Positions 39,801-53,400 of a stretch of DNA of 64,000 nucleotides are shown piece after piece. Origin of the DNA: Paragordius varius (lineage: Eukaryota; Animalia; Nematomorpha); NCBI GenBank assembly GCA_964247055.1, contig OZ176053.1, positions 13,082,001 to 13,146,000 on the forward strand, written 5' to 3'. The position numbers and the translations under genes are program-made. Each line of letters opens with the position of its first letter. The first letter of the stretch is position 1. The notes under the pieces are model-generated. The model was not told the origin of the DNA. It saw nothing but the letters and a program-made list of their open reading frames with translations, and did not search any database.

Positions 39801-42800
39801 TTATTGATACGACTAGTTTTATACATTAATTTATAAAGTATCGTTGTAAAAATCGGATATGAAAGAGTTTGTCAAACTATCTCTATTATTTGATGTAGTC
39901 TTGCTAAGAGAATGTATAAAAAATTATTTTGTTCACCGGTGACCAATATACGATTTTTAAGGACAAAGTTAAACTTGAGTATTCATACGACTAGTTTAAT
40001 ACATTAATTTTTAAAGTATCGTTGTAAAAATCGGATATGAAAGAGTTTGTGAAACTATCTCTATATTTTGATGTAGTCTTACTAAGAGAATGTATAAAAA
40101 ATAGTTTTGTTCACCGGTGACCAATATCCGATTTTTTAGGACAAAGTTTTACTTGAGTATTGATGCGACTAGTTTTATACATTAATTTTTAAAGTATCGT
40201 ATAAAAATCGGATATGAAAGAGGTAAAACTATCATTTTGATGTAGTTTTATGAGAGAATGTATAAAAAATAGTTTTGTTCACCGGTGACCAATATACGAT
40301 TTTTAAGGACAAAGTTAAACTTGAGTATTCATACGACTAGTTTAATACATTAATTTTTAAAGTATCGTTGTAAAAATCGGATATGAAAGAGTTTGTCAAA
40401 CTATCTCTATATTTTGATGTAGTCTTACTAAGAGAATGTATAAAAAATTATTTTGTTCACCGGGGACCAATATCCGATTTTTAAGGACAAAGTTTAACTT
40501 GAGTATTAATGCGACTAGTTTAACACATTAATTTTTAAAGTATCGTTGTAAAAATCGGATATGAAAGAGTTTGTCAAAATATCTCTATATTTTGATGTAG
40601 TCTTAGTAAGAGAATGTATAAAAAATAATTTTGTTCACCGGTGACCAATATCCGATTTTTAAGGACAAAGTTTAACTTGAGTATTGATGCGACTGGTTAT
40701 ACCATAATTTTTAAAGTATCGTTGTAAAAATCGGATATGAAAGAGTTTGTCAAACTATCTCTATAATTTGATGTAGTCTTACTAAGAGAATGTATAAAAG
40801 ATTATTTTGTTCACCGGTGACCAATATCCGATTTTTATGGACAAAGTTTAACTTGAGTATTGATGCGACTTATTGATACGACTAGTTTTATACATTAATT
40901 TATAAAGTATCGTTGTAAAAATCGGATATGAAAGAGTTTGTCAAACTATCTCTATTATTTGATGTAGTCTTGCTAAGAGAATGTATAAAAAATTATTTTG
41001 TTCACCGGTGACCAATATACGATTTTTAAGGACAAAGTTAAACTTGAGTATTCATACGACTAGTTTAATACATTAATTTTTAAAGTATCGTTGTAAAAAT
41101 CGGATATGAAAGAGTTTGTCAAACTATCTCTATATTTTGATGTAGTCTTACTAAGAGAATGTATAAAAAATTATTTTGTTCACCGGGGACCAATATCCGA
41201 TTTTTAAGGACAAAGTTTAACTTGAGTATTAATGCGACTAGTTTAACACATTAATTTTTAAAGTATCGTATAAAAATCGGATATGAAAGAGGTAAAACTA
41301 TCATTTTGATGTAGTTTTATGAGAGAATGTATAAAAAATAGTTTTGTTCACCGGTGACCAATATACGATTTTTAAGGACAAAGTTAAACTTGAGTATTCA
41401 TACGACTAGTTTAATACATTAATTTTTAAAGTATCGTTGTAAAAATCGGATATGAAAGAGTTTGTCAAACTATCTCTATATTTTGATGTAGTCTTACTAA
41501 GAGAATGTATAAAAAATTATTTTGTTCACCGGGGACCAATATCCGATTTTTAAGGACAAAGTTTAACTTGAGTATTAATGCGACTAGTTTAACACATTAA
41601 TTTTTAAAGTATCGTTGTAAAAATCGGATATGAAAGAGTTTGTCAAACTATCTCTATTATTTGATGTAGTCCTACTAAGAGAATGTATAAAAAATAATTT
41701 TGTTCACCGGTGACCAATATCCGATTTTTAAGGACAAAGTTTAACTTGAGTATTGATGCGACTTATTGATTTGACTAGTTTTATACATTAATTTATAAAG
41801 TATCGTTGTAAAAATCGGATATGAAAGAGTTTGTCAAACTATCTCTATTATTTGATGTAGTCTTACTAAGAGAATGTATAAAAAATAATTTTGTTCACCG
41901 GTGACCAATATCCGATTTTTAAGGACAAAGTTTAACTTGAGTATTGATGCGACTGGTTATACCATAATTTTTAAAGTATCGTTGTAAAAATCGGATATGA
42001 AAGAGTTTGTCAAACTATCTCTATAATTTGATGTAGTCTTACTAAGAGAATGTATAAAAAATAATTTTGTTCACCGGTGACCAATATCCGATTTTTAAGG
42101 ACAAAGTTTAACTTGAGTATTGATGCGACTTATTGATACGACTAGTTTTATACATTAATTTATAAAGTATCGTTGTAAAAATCGGATATGAAAGAGTTTG
42201 TCAAACTATCTCTATTATTTGATGTAGTCTTGCTAAGAGAATGTATAAAAAATTATTTTGTTCACCGGTGACCAATATACGATTTTTAAGGACAAAGTTA
42301 AACTTGAGTATTCATACGACTAGTTTAATACATTAATTTTTAAAGTATCGTTGTAAAAATCGGATATGAAAGAGTTTGTCAAACTATCTCTATATTTTGA
42401 TGTAGTCTTACTAAGAGAATGTATAAAAAATTATTTTGTTCACCGGGGACCAATATCCGATTTTTAAGGACAAAGTTTAACTTGAGTATTAATGCGACTA
42501 GTTTAACACATTAATTTTTAAAGTATCGTTGTAAAAATCGGATATGAAAGAGTTTGTCAAAATATCTCTATATTTTGATGTAGTCTTAGTAAGAGAATGT
42601 ATAAAAAATAATTTTGTTCACCGGTGACCAATATCCGATTTTTAAGGACAAAGTTTAACTTGAGTATTGATGCGACTGGTTATACCATAATTTTTAAAGT
42701 ATCGTTGTAAAAATCGGATATGAAAGAGTTTGTCAAACTATCTCTATAATTTGATGTAGTCTTACTAAGAGAATGTATAAAAGATTATTTTGTTCACCGG

Positions 42801-45800
42801 TGACCAATATCCGATTTTTAAGGACAAAGTTTAACTTGAGTATTGATGCGACTTATTGATACGACTAGTTTTATACATTAATTTATAAAGTATCGTTGTA
42901 AAAATCGGATATGAAAGAGTTTGTCAAACTATCTCTATTATTTGATGTAGTCTTGCTAAGAGAATGTATAAAAAATTATTTTGTTCACCGGTGACCAATA
43001 TACGATTTTTAAGGACAAAGTTAAACTTGAGTATTCATACGACTAGTTTAATACATTAATTTTTAAAGTATCGTTGTAAAAATCGGATATGAAAGAGTTT
43101 GTCAAACTATCTCTATATTTTGATGTAGTCTTACTAAGAGAATGTATAAAAAATTATTTTGTTCACCGGGGACCAATATCCGATTTTTAAGGACAAAGTT
43201 TAACTTGAGTATTAATGCGACTAGTTTAACACATTAATTTTTAAAGTATCGTTGTAAAAATCGGATATGAAAGAGTTTGTCAAAATATCTCTATATTTTG
43301 ATGTAGTCTTACTAAGAGAATGTATAAAAAATAATTTTGTTCACCGGTGACCAATATCCGATTTTTAAGGACAAAGTTTAACTTGAGTATTGATACGATT
43401 TATTGATACGACTAGTTTTATACATTAATTTATAAAGTATCGTTGTAAAAATCGGATATGAAAGAGTTTGTCAAACTATCTCTATTATTTGATGTAGTCC
43501 TACTAAGAGAATGTATAAAAAATAATTTTGTTCACCGGTGACCAATATCCGATTTTTAAGGACAAAGTTTAACTTGAGTATTGATGCGACTGGTTATACC
43601 ATAATTTTTAAAGTATCGTTGTAAAAATCGGATATGAATGAGTTTGTCAAACTATCTCTATAATTTGATGTAGTCTTACTAAGAGAATGTATAAAAAATA
43701 ATTTTGTTCACCGGTGACCAATATCCGATTTTTAAGGACAAAGTTTAACTTGAGTATTGATGCGACTTATTGATACGACTAGTTTTATACATTAATTTAT
43801 AAAGTATCGTTGTAAAAATCGGATATGAAAGAGTTTGTCAAACTATCTCTATTATTTGATGTAGTCTTGCTAAGAGAATGTATAAAAAATTATTTTGTTC
43901 ACCGGTGACCAATATACGATTTTTAAGGACAAAGTTAAACTTGAGTATTCATACGACTAGTTTAATACATTAATTTTTAAAGTATCGTTGTAAAAATCGG
44001 ATATGAAAGAGTTTGTGAAACTATCTCTATATTTTGATGTAGTCTTACTAAGAGAATGTATAAAAAATAGTTTTGTTCACCGGTGACCAATATCCGATTT
44101 TTTAGGACAAAGTTTTACTTGAGTATTGATGCGACTAGTTTTATACATTAATTTTTAAAGTATCGTATAAAAATCGGATATGAAAGAGGTAAAACTATCA
44201 TTTTGATGTAGTTTTATGAGAGAATGTATAAAAAATAGTTTTGTTCACCGGTGACCAATATACGATTTTTAAGGACAAAGTTAAACTTGAGTATTCATAC
44301 GACTAGTTTAATACATTAATTTTTAAAGTATCGTTGTAAAAATCGGATATGAAAGAGTTTGTCAAACTATCTCTATATTTTGATGTAGTCTTACTAAGAG
44401 AATGTATAAAAAATTATTTTGTTCACCGGGGACCAATATCCGATTTTTAAGGACAAAGTTTAACTTGAGTATTAATGCGACTAGTTTAACACATTAATTT
44501 TTAAAGTATCGTTGTAAAAATCGGATATGAAAGAGTTTGTCAAAATATCTCTATATTTTGATGTAGTCTTAGTAAGAGAATGTATAAAAAATAATTTTGT
44601 TCACCGGTGACCAATATCCGATTTTTAAGGACAAAGTTTAACTTGAGTATTGATGCGACTGGTTATACCATAATTTTTAAAGTATCGTTGTAAAAATCGG
44701 ATATGAAAGAGTTTGTCAAACTATCTCTATAATTTGATGTAGTCTTACTAAGAGAATGTATAAAAGATTATTTTGTTCACCGGTGACCAATATCCGATTT
44801 TTATGGACAAAGTTTAACTTGAGTATTGATGCGACTTATTGATACGACTAGTTTTATACATTAATTTATAAAGTATCGTTGTAAAAATCGGATATGAAAG
44901 AGTTTGTCAAACTATCTCTATTATTTGATGTAGTCTTGCTAAGAGAATGTATAAAAAATTATTTTGTTCACCGGTGACCAATATACGATTTTTAAGGACA
45001 AAGTTAAACTTGAGTATTCATACGACTAGTTTAATACATTAATTTTTAAAGTATCGTTGTAAAAATCGGATATGAAAGAGTTTGTCAAACTATCTCTATA
45101 TTTTGATGTAGTCTTACTAAGAGAATGTATAAAAAATTATTTTGTTCACCGGGGACCAATATCCGATTTTTAAGGACAAAGTTTAACTTGAGTATTAATG
45201 CGACTAGTTTAACACATTAATTTTTAAAGTATCGTTGTAAAAATCGGATATGAAAGAGTTTGTCAAAATATCTCTATATTTTGATGTAGTCTTACTAAGA
45301 GAATGTATAAAAAATAATTTTGTTCACGGGTGACCAATATCCGATTTTTAAGGACAAAGTTTAACTTGAGTATTGATACGATTTATTGATACGACTAGTT
45401 TTATACATTAATTTATAAAGTATCGTTGTAAAAATCGGATATGAAAGAGTTTGTCAAACTATCTCTATTATTTGATGTAGTCCTACTAAGAGAATGTATA
45501 AAAAATAATTTTGTTCACCGGTGACCAATATCCGATTTTTAAGGACAAAGTTTAACTTGAGTATTGATGCGACTGGTTATACCATAATTTTTAAAGTATC
45601 GTTGTAAAAATCGGATATGAAAGAGTTTGTCAAACTATCTCTATAATTTGATGTAGTCTTACTAAGAGAATGTATAAAAAATAATTTTGTTCACCGGTGA
45701 CCAATATCCGATTTTTAAGGACAAAGTTTAACTTGAGTATTGATGCGACTTATTGATACGACTAGTTTTATACATTAATTTATAAAGTATCGTTGTAAAA

Positions 45801-47400
45801 ATCGGATATGAAAGAGTTTGTCAAACTATCTCTATTATTTGATGTAGTCTTGCTAAGAGAATGTATAAAAAATTATTTTGTTCACCGGTGACCAATATAC
45901 GATTTTTAAGGACAAAGTTAAACTTGAGTATTCATACGACTAGTTTAATACATTAATTTTTAAAGTATCGTTGTAAAAATCGGATATGAAAGAGTTTGTC
46001 AAACTATCTCTATATTTTGATGTAGTCTTACTAAGAGAATGTATAAAAAATTATTTTGTTCACCGGGGACCAATATCCGATTTTTAAGGACAAAGTTTAA
46101 CTTGAGTATTAATGCGACTAGTTTAACACATTAATTTTTAAAGTATCGTTGTAAAAATCGGATATGAAAGAGTTTGTCAAAATATCTCTATATTTTGATG
46201 TAGTCTTAGTAAGAGAATGTATAAAAAATAATTTTGTTCACCGGTGACCAATATCCGATTTTTAAGGACAAAGTTTAACTTGAGTATTGATGCGACTGGT
46301 TATACCATAATTTTTAAAGTATCGTTGTAAAAATCGGATATGAAAGAGTTTGTCAAACTATCTCTATAATTTGATGTAGTCTTACTAAGAGAATGTATAA
46401 AAGATTATTTTGTTCACCGGTGACCAATATCCGATTTTTAAGGACAAAGTTTAACTTGAGTATTGATGCGACTTATTGATACGACTAGTTTTATACATTA
46501 ATTTATAAAGTATCGTTGTAAAAATCGGATATGAAAGAGTTTGTCAAACTATCTCTATTATTTGATGTAGTCTTGCTAAGAGAATGTATAAAAAATTATT
46601 TTGTTCACCGGTGACCAATATACGATTTTTAAGGACAAAGTTAAACTTGAGTATTCATACGACTAGTTTAATACATTAATTTTTAAAGTATCGTTGTAAA
46701 AATCGGATATGAAAGAGTTTGTCAAACTATCTCTATATTTTGATGTAGTCTTACTAAGAGAATGTATAAAAAATTATTTTGTTCACCGGGGACCAATATC
46801 CGATTTTTAAGGACAAAGTTTAACTTGAGTATTAATGCGACTAGTTTAACACATTAATTTTTAAAGTATCGTTGTAAAAATCGGATATGAAAGAGTTTGT
46901 CAAAATATCTCTATATTTTGATGTAGTCTTACTAAGAGAATGTATAAAAAATAATTTTGTTCACCGGTGACCAATATCCGATTTTTAAGGACAAAGTTTA
47001 ACTTGAGTATTGATACGATTTATTGATACGACTAGTTTTATACATTAATTTATAAAGTATCGTTGTAAAAATCGGATATGAAAGAGTTTGTCAAACTATC
47101 TCTATTATTTGATGTAGTCCTACTAAGAGAATGTATAAAAAATAATTTTGTTCACCGGTGACCAATATCCGATTTTTAAGGACAAAGTTTAACTTGAGTA
47201 TTGATGCGACTTATTGATACGACTAGTTTTATACAATAATTTATAAAGTATCGTTGTAAAAATCGGATATGAAAGAGTTTGTCAAACTATCTCTATTATT
47301 TGATGTAGTCTTGCTAAGAGAATGTATAAAAAATTATTTTGTTCACCGGTGACCAATATACGATTTTTAAGGACAAAGTTAAACTTGAGTATTCATACGA
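33850..47400 (-). repeat. Higher-order repeat domain built on a 723-bp tetramer (178+178+176+191), with nested 1828-bp and 3966-bp duplications
   Basis: Marker ATATACGATTTTTAAGGACAAAGTTAAACTTGAGTATTCATACG at 36486/37209 (723) and 36486/38314, 37209/39037 (1828). Offset 3966 for 37805/41771, 39673/43639, 40051/44017, 40221/44187, 40838/44804. Confidence 0.9.
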
Positions 47401-50400
47401 CTAGTTTTAATTTTTAAAGTATCGTTGTAAAAATCGGATATGAAAGAGTTTGTCAAACTATCTCTATATTTTGATGTAGTCTTAGTAAGAGAATGTATAA
47501 AAAATAATTTTGTTCACCGGTGACCAATATCCGATTTTTAAGGACAAAGTTTAACTTGAGTATTAATGCGACTAGTTTAACACATTAATTTTTAAAGTAT
47601 CGTTGTAAAAATCGGATATGAAAGAGTTTGTCAAAATATCTCTATATTTTGATGTAGTCTTACTAAGAGAATGTATAAAAAATAATTTTGTTCACCGGTG
47701 ACCAATATCCGATTTTTAAGGACAAAGTTTAACTTGAGTATTGATGCGACTGCTTATACCATAATTTTTAAAGTATCGTTGTAAAAATCGGATATGAAAG
47801 AGTTTGTCAAACTATCTCTATAATTTGATGTAGTCTTACTAAGAGAATGTATAAAAGATTATTTTGTTCACCGGTGACCAATATCCGATTTTTAAGGACA
47901 AAGTTTAACTTGAGTATTGATGCGACTTATTGATACGACTAGTTTTATACATTAATTTATAAAGTATCGTTGTAAAAATCGGATATGAAAGAGTTTGTCA
48001 AACTATCTCTATTATTTGATGTAGTCTTGCTAAGAGAATGTATAAAAAATTATTTTGTTCACCGGTGACCAATATCCGATTTTTAAGGACAAAGTTTAAC
48101 TTGAGTATTGATGCGACTAGTTTAATACATTAATTTTTAAAGTATCGTTGTAAAAATCGGATATGAAAGAGTTTGTCAAACTATCTCTATATTTTGATGT
48201 AGTCTTACTAAGAGAATGTATAAAAAATTATTTTGTTCACCGGGGACCAATATCCGATTTTTAAGGATAAGTTTAACTTGAGTATCGATGCGACTTATTG
48301 ATACGACTAGTTTTATACATTAATTTATAAAGTAAAAAATCGGATATGAAAGAGTTTGTCAAACTATCTCTATTATTTGATGTAGTCTTACTAAGAGAAT
48401 GTATAAAAAATAATTTTGTTCACCGGTGACCAATATCCGATTTTTAAGGACAAAGTTTAACTTGAGTATTGATGCGACTAGTTTAATACATTAATTTTTA
48501 AAGTATCGTTGTAAAAATCGGATATGAAACAGTTTGTCAAACTATCTCTATATTTTGATGTAGTCTTACTAAGAGAATGCATAAAAAATTATTTGGTTCA
48601 CCGGGGACCAATATCCGATTTTTAAGGACAAAGTTTAACTTGAGTAATCTAGCGACTAGTTTAACACATTAATTTTTAAAGTATCGTTGTAAAAATCGGA
48701 TATGAAAGAGTTTGTCAAAATATCTCTATATTTTGATGTAGTCTTACTAAGAGAATGTATAAAAAATAATTTTGTTCACCGGTGACCAATATCCGATTTT
48801 TAAGGACAAAGTTTAACTTGAGTATTGATGCGACTGGTTATACCATAATTTTTAAAGTATCGTTGTAAAAATCGGATATGAAAGAGTTTGTCAAACTATC
48901 TCTATAATTTGATGTAGTCTTACTAAGAGAATGTATAAAAGATTATTTTGTTCACCGGTGACCAATATCCGATTTTTAAGGACAAAGTTTAACTTGAGTA
49001 TTGATGCGACTTATTGATACGACTAGTTTTATACATTAATTTATAAAGTATCGTTGTAAAAATCGGATATGAAAGAGTTTGTCAAACTATCTCTATTATT
49101 TGATGTAGTCTTGCTAAGAGAATGTATAAAAAATTATTTTGTTCACCGGTGACCAATATCCGATTTTTAAGGACAAAGTTTAACTTGAGTATTGATGCGA
49201 CTAGTTTAATACATTAATTTTTAAAGTATCGTTGTAAAAATCGGATATGAAAGAGTTTGTCAAACTATCTCTATATTTTGATGTAGTCTTACTAAGAGAA
49301 TGTATAAAAAATTATTTTGTTCACCGGGGACCAATATCCGATTTTTAAGGATAAGTTTAACTTGAGTATCGATGCGACTTATTGATACGACTAGTTTTAT
49401 ACATTAATTTATAAAGTATCGTTGTAAAAATCGGATATGAAAGAGTTTGTCAAACTATCTCTATTATTTGATGTAGTCTTACTAAGAGAATGTATAAAAA
49501 ATAATTTTGTTCACCGGTGACCAATATCCGATTTTTAAGGACAAAGTTTAACTTGAGTATTGATGCGACTAGTTTAATACATTAATTTTTAAAGTATCGT
49601 TGTAAAAATCGGATATGAAACAGTTTGTCAAACTATCTCTATATTTTGATGTAGTCTTACTAAGAGAATGTATAAAAAATAATTTTGTTCACCGGTGACC
49701 AATATCCGATTTTTAAGGACAAAGTTTAACTTGAGTATTGATGCGACTAGTTTAATACATTAATTTTTAAAGTATCGTTGTAAAAATCGGATATGAAAGA
49801 GTTTGTCAAACTATCTCTATATTTTGATGTAGTCTTACTAAGAGAATGTATAAAAAATTATTTTGTTCACCGGGGACCAATATCCGATTTTTAAGGATAA
49901 GTTTAACTTGAGTATCGATGCGACTTATTGATACGACTAGTTTTATACATTAATTTATAAAGTAAAAAATCGGATATGAAAGAGTTTGTCAAACTATCTC
50001 TATTATTTGATGTAGTCTTACTAAGAGAATGTATAAAAAATAATTTTGTTCACCGGTGACCAATATCCGATTTTTAAGAACAAAGTTTAACTTGAGTATT
50101 GATGCGACTAGTTTAATACATTAATTTTTAAAGTATCGTTGTAAAAATCGGATATGAAACAGTTTGTCAAACTATCTCTATATTTTGATGTAGTCTTACT
50201 AAGAGAATGCATAAAAAATTATTTGGTTCACCGGGGACCAATATCCGATTTTTAAGGACAAAGTTTAACTTGAGTAATCTAGCGACTAGTTTAACACATT
50301 AATTTTTAAAGTATCGTTGTAAAAATCGGATATGAAAGAGTTTGTCAAAATATCTCTATATTTTGATGTAGTCTTACTAAGAGAATGTATAAAAAATAAT

Positions 50401-53400
50401 TTTGTTCACCGGTGACCAATATCCGATTTTTAAGGACAAAGTTTAACTTGAGTATTGATGCGACTGGTTATACCATAATTTTTAAAGTATCGTTGTAAAA
50501 ATCGGATATGAAAGAGTTTGTCAAACTATCTCTATAATTTGATGTAGTCTTACTAAGAGAATGTATAAAAGATTATTTTGTTCACCGGTGACCAATATCC
50601 GATTTTTAAGGACAAAGTTTAACTTGAGTATTGATGCGACTTATTGATACGACTAGTTTTATACATTAATTTATAAAGTATCGTTGTAAAAATCGGATAT
50701 GAAAGAGTTTGTCAAACTATCTCTATTATTTGATGTAGTCTTGCTAAGAGAATGTATAAAAAATTATTTTGTTCACCGGTGACCAATATCCGATTTTTAA
50801 GGACAAAGTTTAACTTGAGTATTGATGCGACTAGTTTAATACATTAATTTTTAAAGTATCGTTGTAAAAATCGGATATGAAAGAGTTTGTCAAACTATCT
50901 CTATATTTTGATGTAGTCTTACTAAGAGAATGTATAAAAAATTATTTTGTTCACCGGGGACCAATATCCGATTTTTAAGGATAAGTTTAACTTGAGTATC
51001 GATGCGACTTATTGATACGACTAGTTTTATACATTAATTTATAAAGTAAAAAATCGGATATGAAAGAGTTTGTCAAACTATCTCTATTATTTGATGTAGT
51101 CTTACTAAGAGAATGTATAAAAAATAATTTTGTTCACCGGTGACCAATATCCGATTTTTAAGGACAAAGTTTAACTTGAGTATTGATGCGACTAGTTTAA
51201 TACATTAATTTTTAAAGTATCGTTGTAAAAATCGGATATGAAACAGTTTGTCAAACTATCTCTATATTTGGATGTAGTCTTACTAAGAGAATGCATAAAA
51301 AATTATTTGGTTCACCGGGGACCAATATCCGATTTTTAAGGACAAAGTTTAACTTGAGTAATCTAGCGACTAGTTTAACACATTAATTTTTAAAGTATCG
51401 TTGTAAAAATCGGATATGAAAGAGTTTGTCAAAATATCTCTATATTTTGATGTAGTCTTACTAAGAGAATGTATAAAAAATAATTTTGTTCACCGGTGAC
51501 CAATATCCGATTTTTAAGGACAAAGTTTAACTTGAGTATTGATGCGACTGGTTATACCATAATTTTTAAAGTATCGTTGTAAAAATCGGATATGAAAGAG
51601 TTTGTCAAACTATCTCTATAATTTGATGTAGTCTTACTAAGAGAATGTATAAAAGATTATTTTGTTCACCGGTGACCAATATCCGATTTTTAAGGACAAA
51701 GTTTAACTTGAGTATTGATGCGACTTATTGATACGACTAGTTTTATACATTAATTTATAAAGTATCGTTGTAAAAATCGGATATGAAAGAGTTTGTCAAA
51801 CTATCTCTATTATTTGATGTAGTCTTGCTAAGAGAATGTATAAAAAATTATTTTGTTCACCGGTGACCAATATCCGATTTTTAAGGACAAAGTTTAACTT
51901 GAGTATTGATGCGACTAGTTTAATACATTAATTTTTAAAGTATCGTTGTAAAAATCGGATATGAAAGAGTTTGTCAAACTATCTCTATATTTTGATGTAG
52001 TCTTACTAAGAGAATGTATAAAAAATTATTTTGTTCACCGGGGACCAATATCCGATTTTTAAGGATAAGTTTAACTTGAGTATCGATGCGACTTATTGAT
52101 ACGACTAGTTTTATACATTAATTTATAAAGTATCGTTGTAAAAATCGGATATGAAACAGTTTGTCAAACTATCTCTATATTTTGATGTAGTCTTACTAAG
52201 AGAATGTATAAAAAATAATTTTGTTCACCGGTGACCAATATCCGATTTTTAAGGACAAAGTTTAACTTGAGTATTGATGCGACTAGTTTAATACATTAAT
52301 TTTTAAAGTATCGTTGTAAAAATCGGATATGAAAGAGTTTGTCAAACTATCTCTATATTTTGATGTAGTCTTACTAAGAGAATGTATAAAAAATTATTTT
52401 GTTCACCGGGGACCAATATCCGATTTTTAAGGATAAGTTTAACTTGAGTATCGATGCGACTTATTGATACGACTAGTTTTATACATTAATTTATAAAGTA
52501 AAAAATCGGATATGAAAGAGTTTGTCAAACTATCTCTATTATTTGATGTAGTCTTACTAAGAGAATGTATAAAAAATAATTTTGTTCACCGGTGACCAAT
52601 ATCCGATTTTTAAGGACAAAGTTTAACTTGAGTATTAATGCGACTAGTTTAACACATTAATTTTTAAAGTATCGTTGTAAAAATCGGATATGAAAGAGTT
52701 TGTCAAAATATCTCTATATTTTGATGTAGTCTTACTAAGAGAATGTATAAAAAATAATTTTGTTCACCGGTGACCAATATCCGATTTTTAAGGACAAAGT
52801 TTAACTTGAGTATTGATACGATTTATTGATACGACTAGTTTTATACATTAATTTATAAAGTATCGTTGTAAAAATCGGATATGAAAGAGTTTGTCAAACT
52901 ATCTCTATTATTTGATGTAGTCCTACTAAGAGAATGTATAAAAAATAATTTTGTTCACCGGTGACCAATATCCGATTTTTAAGGACAAAGTTTAACTTGA
53001 GTATTGATGCGACTTATTGATACGACTAGTTTTATACAATAATTTATAAAGTATCGTTGTAAAAATCGGATATGAAAGAGTTTGTCAAACTATCTCTATT
53101 ATTTGATGTAGTCTTGCTAAGAGAATGTATAAAAAATTATTTTGTTCACCGGTGACCAATATACGATTTTTAAGGACAAAGTTAAACTTGAGTATTCATA
53201 CGACTAGTTTTAATTTTTAAAGTATCGTTGTAAAAATCGGATATGAAAGAGTTTGTCAAACTATCTCTATATTTTGATGTAGTCTTAGTAAGAGAATGTA
53301 TAAAAAATAATTTTGTTCACCGGTGACCAATATCCGATTTTTAAGGACAAAGTTTAACTTGAGTATTAATGCGACTAGTTTAACACATTAATTTTTAAAG

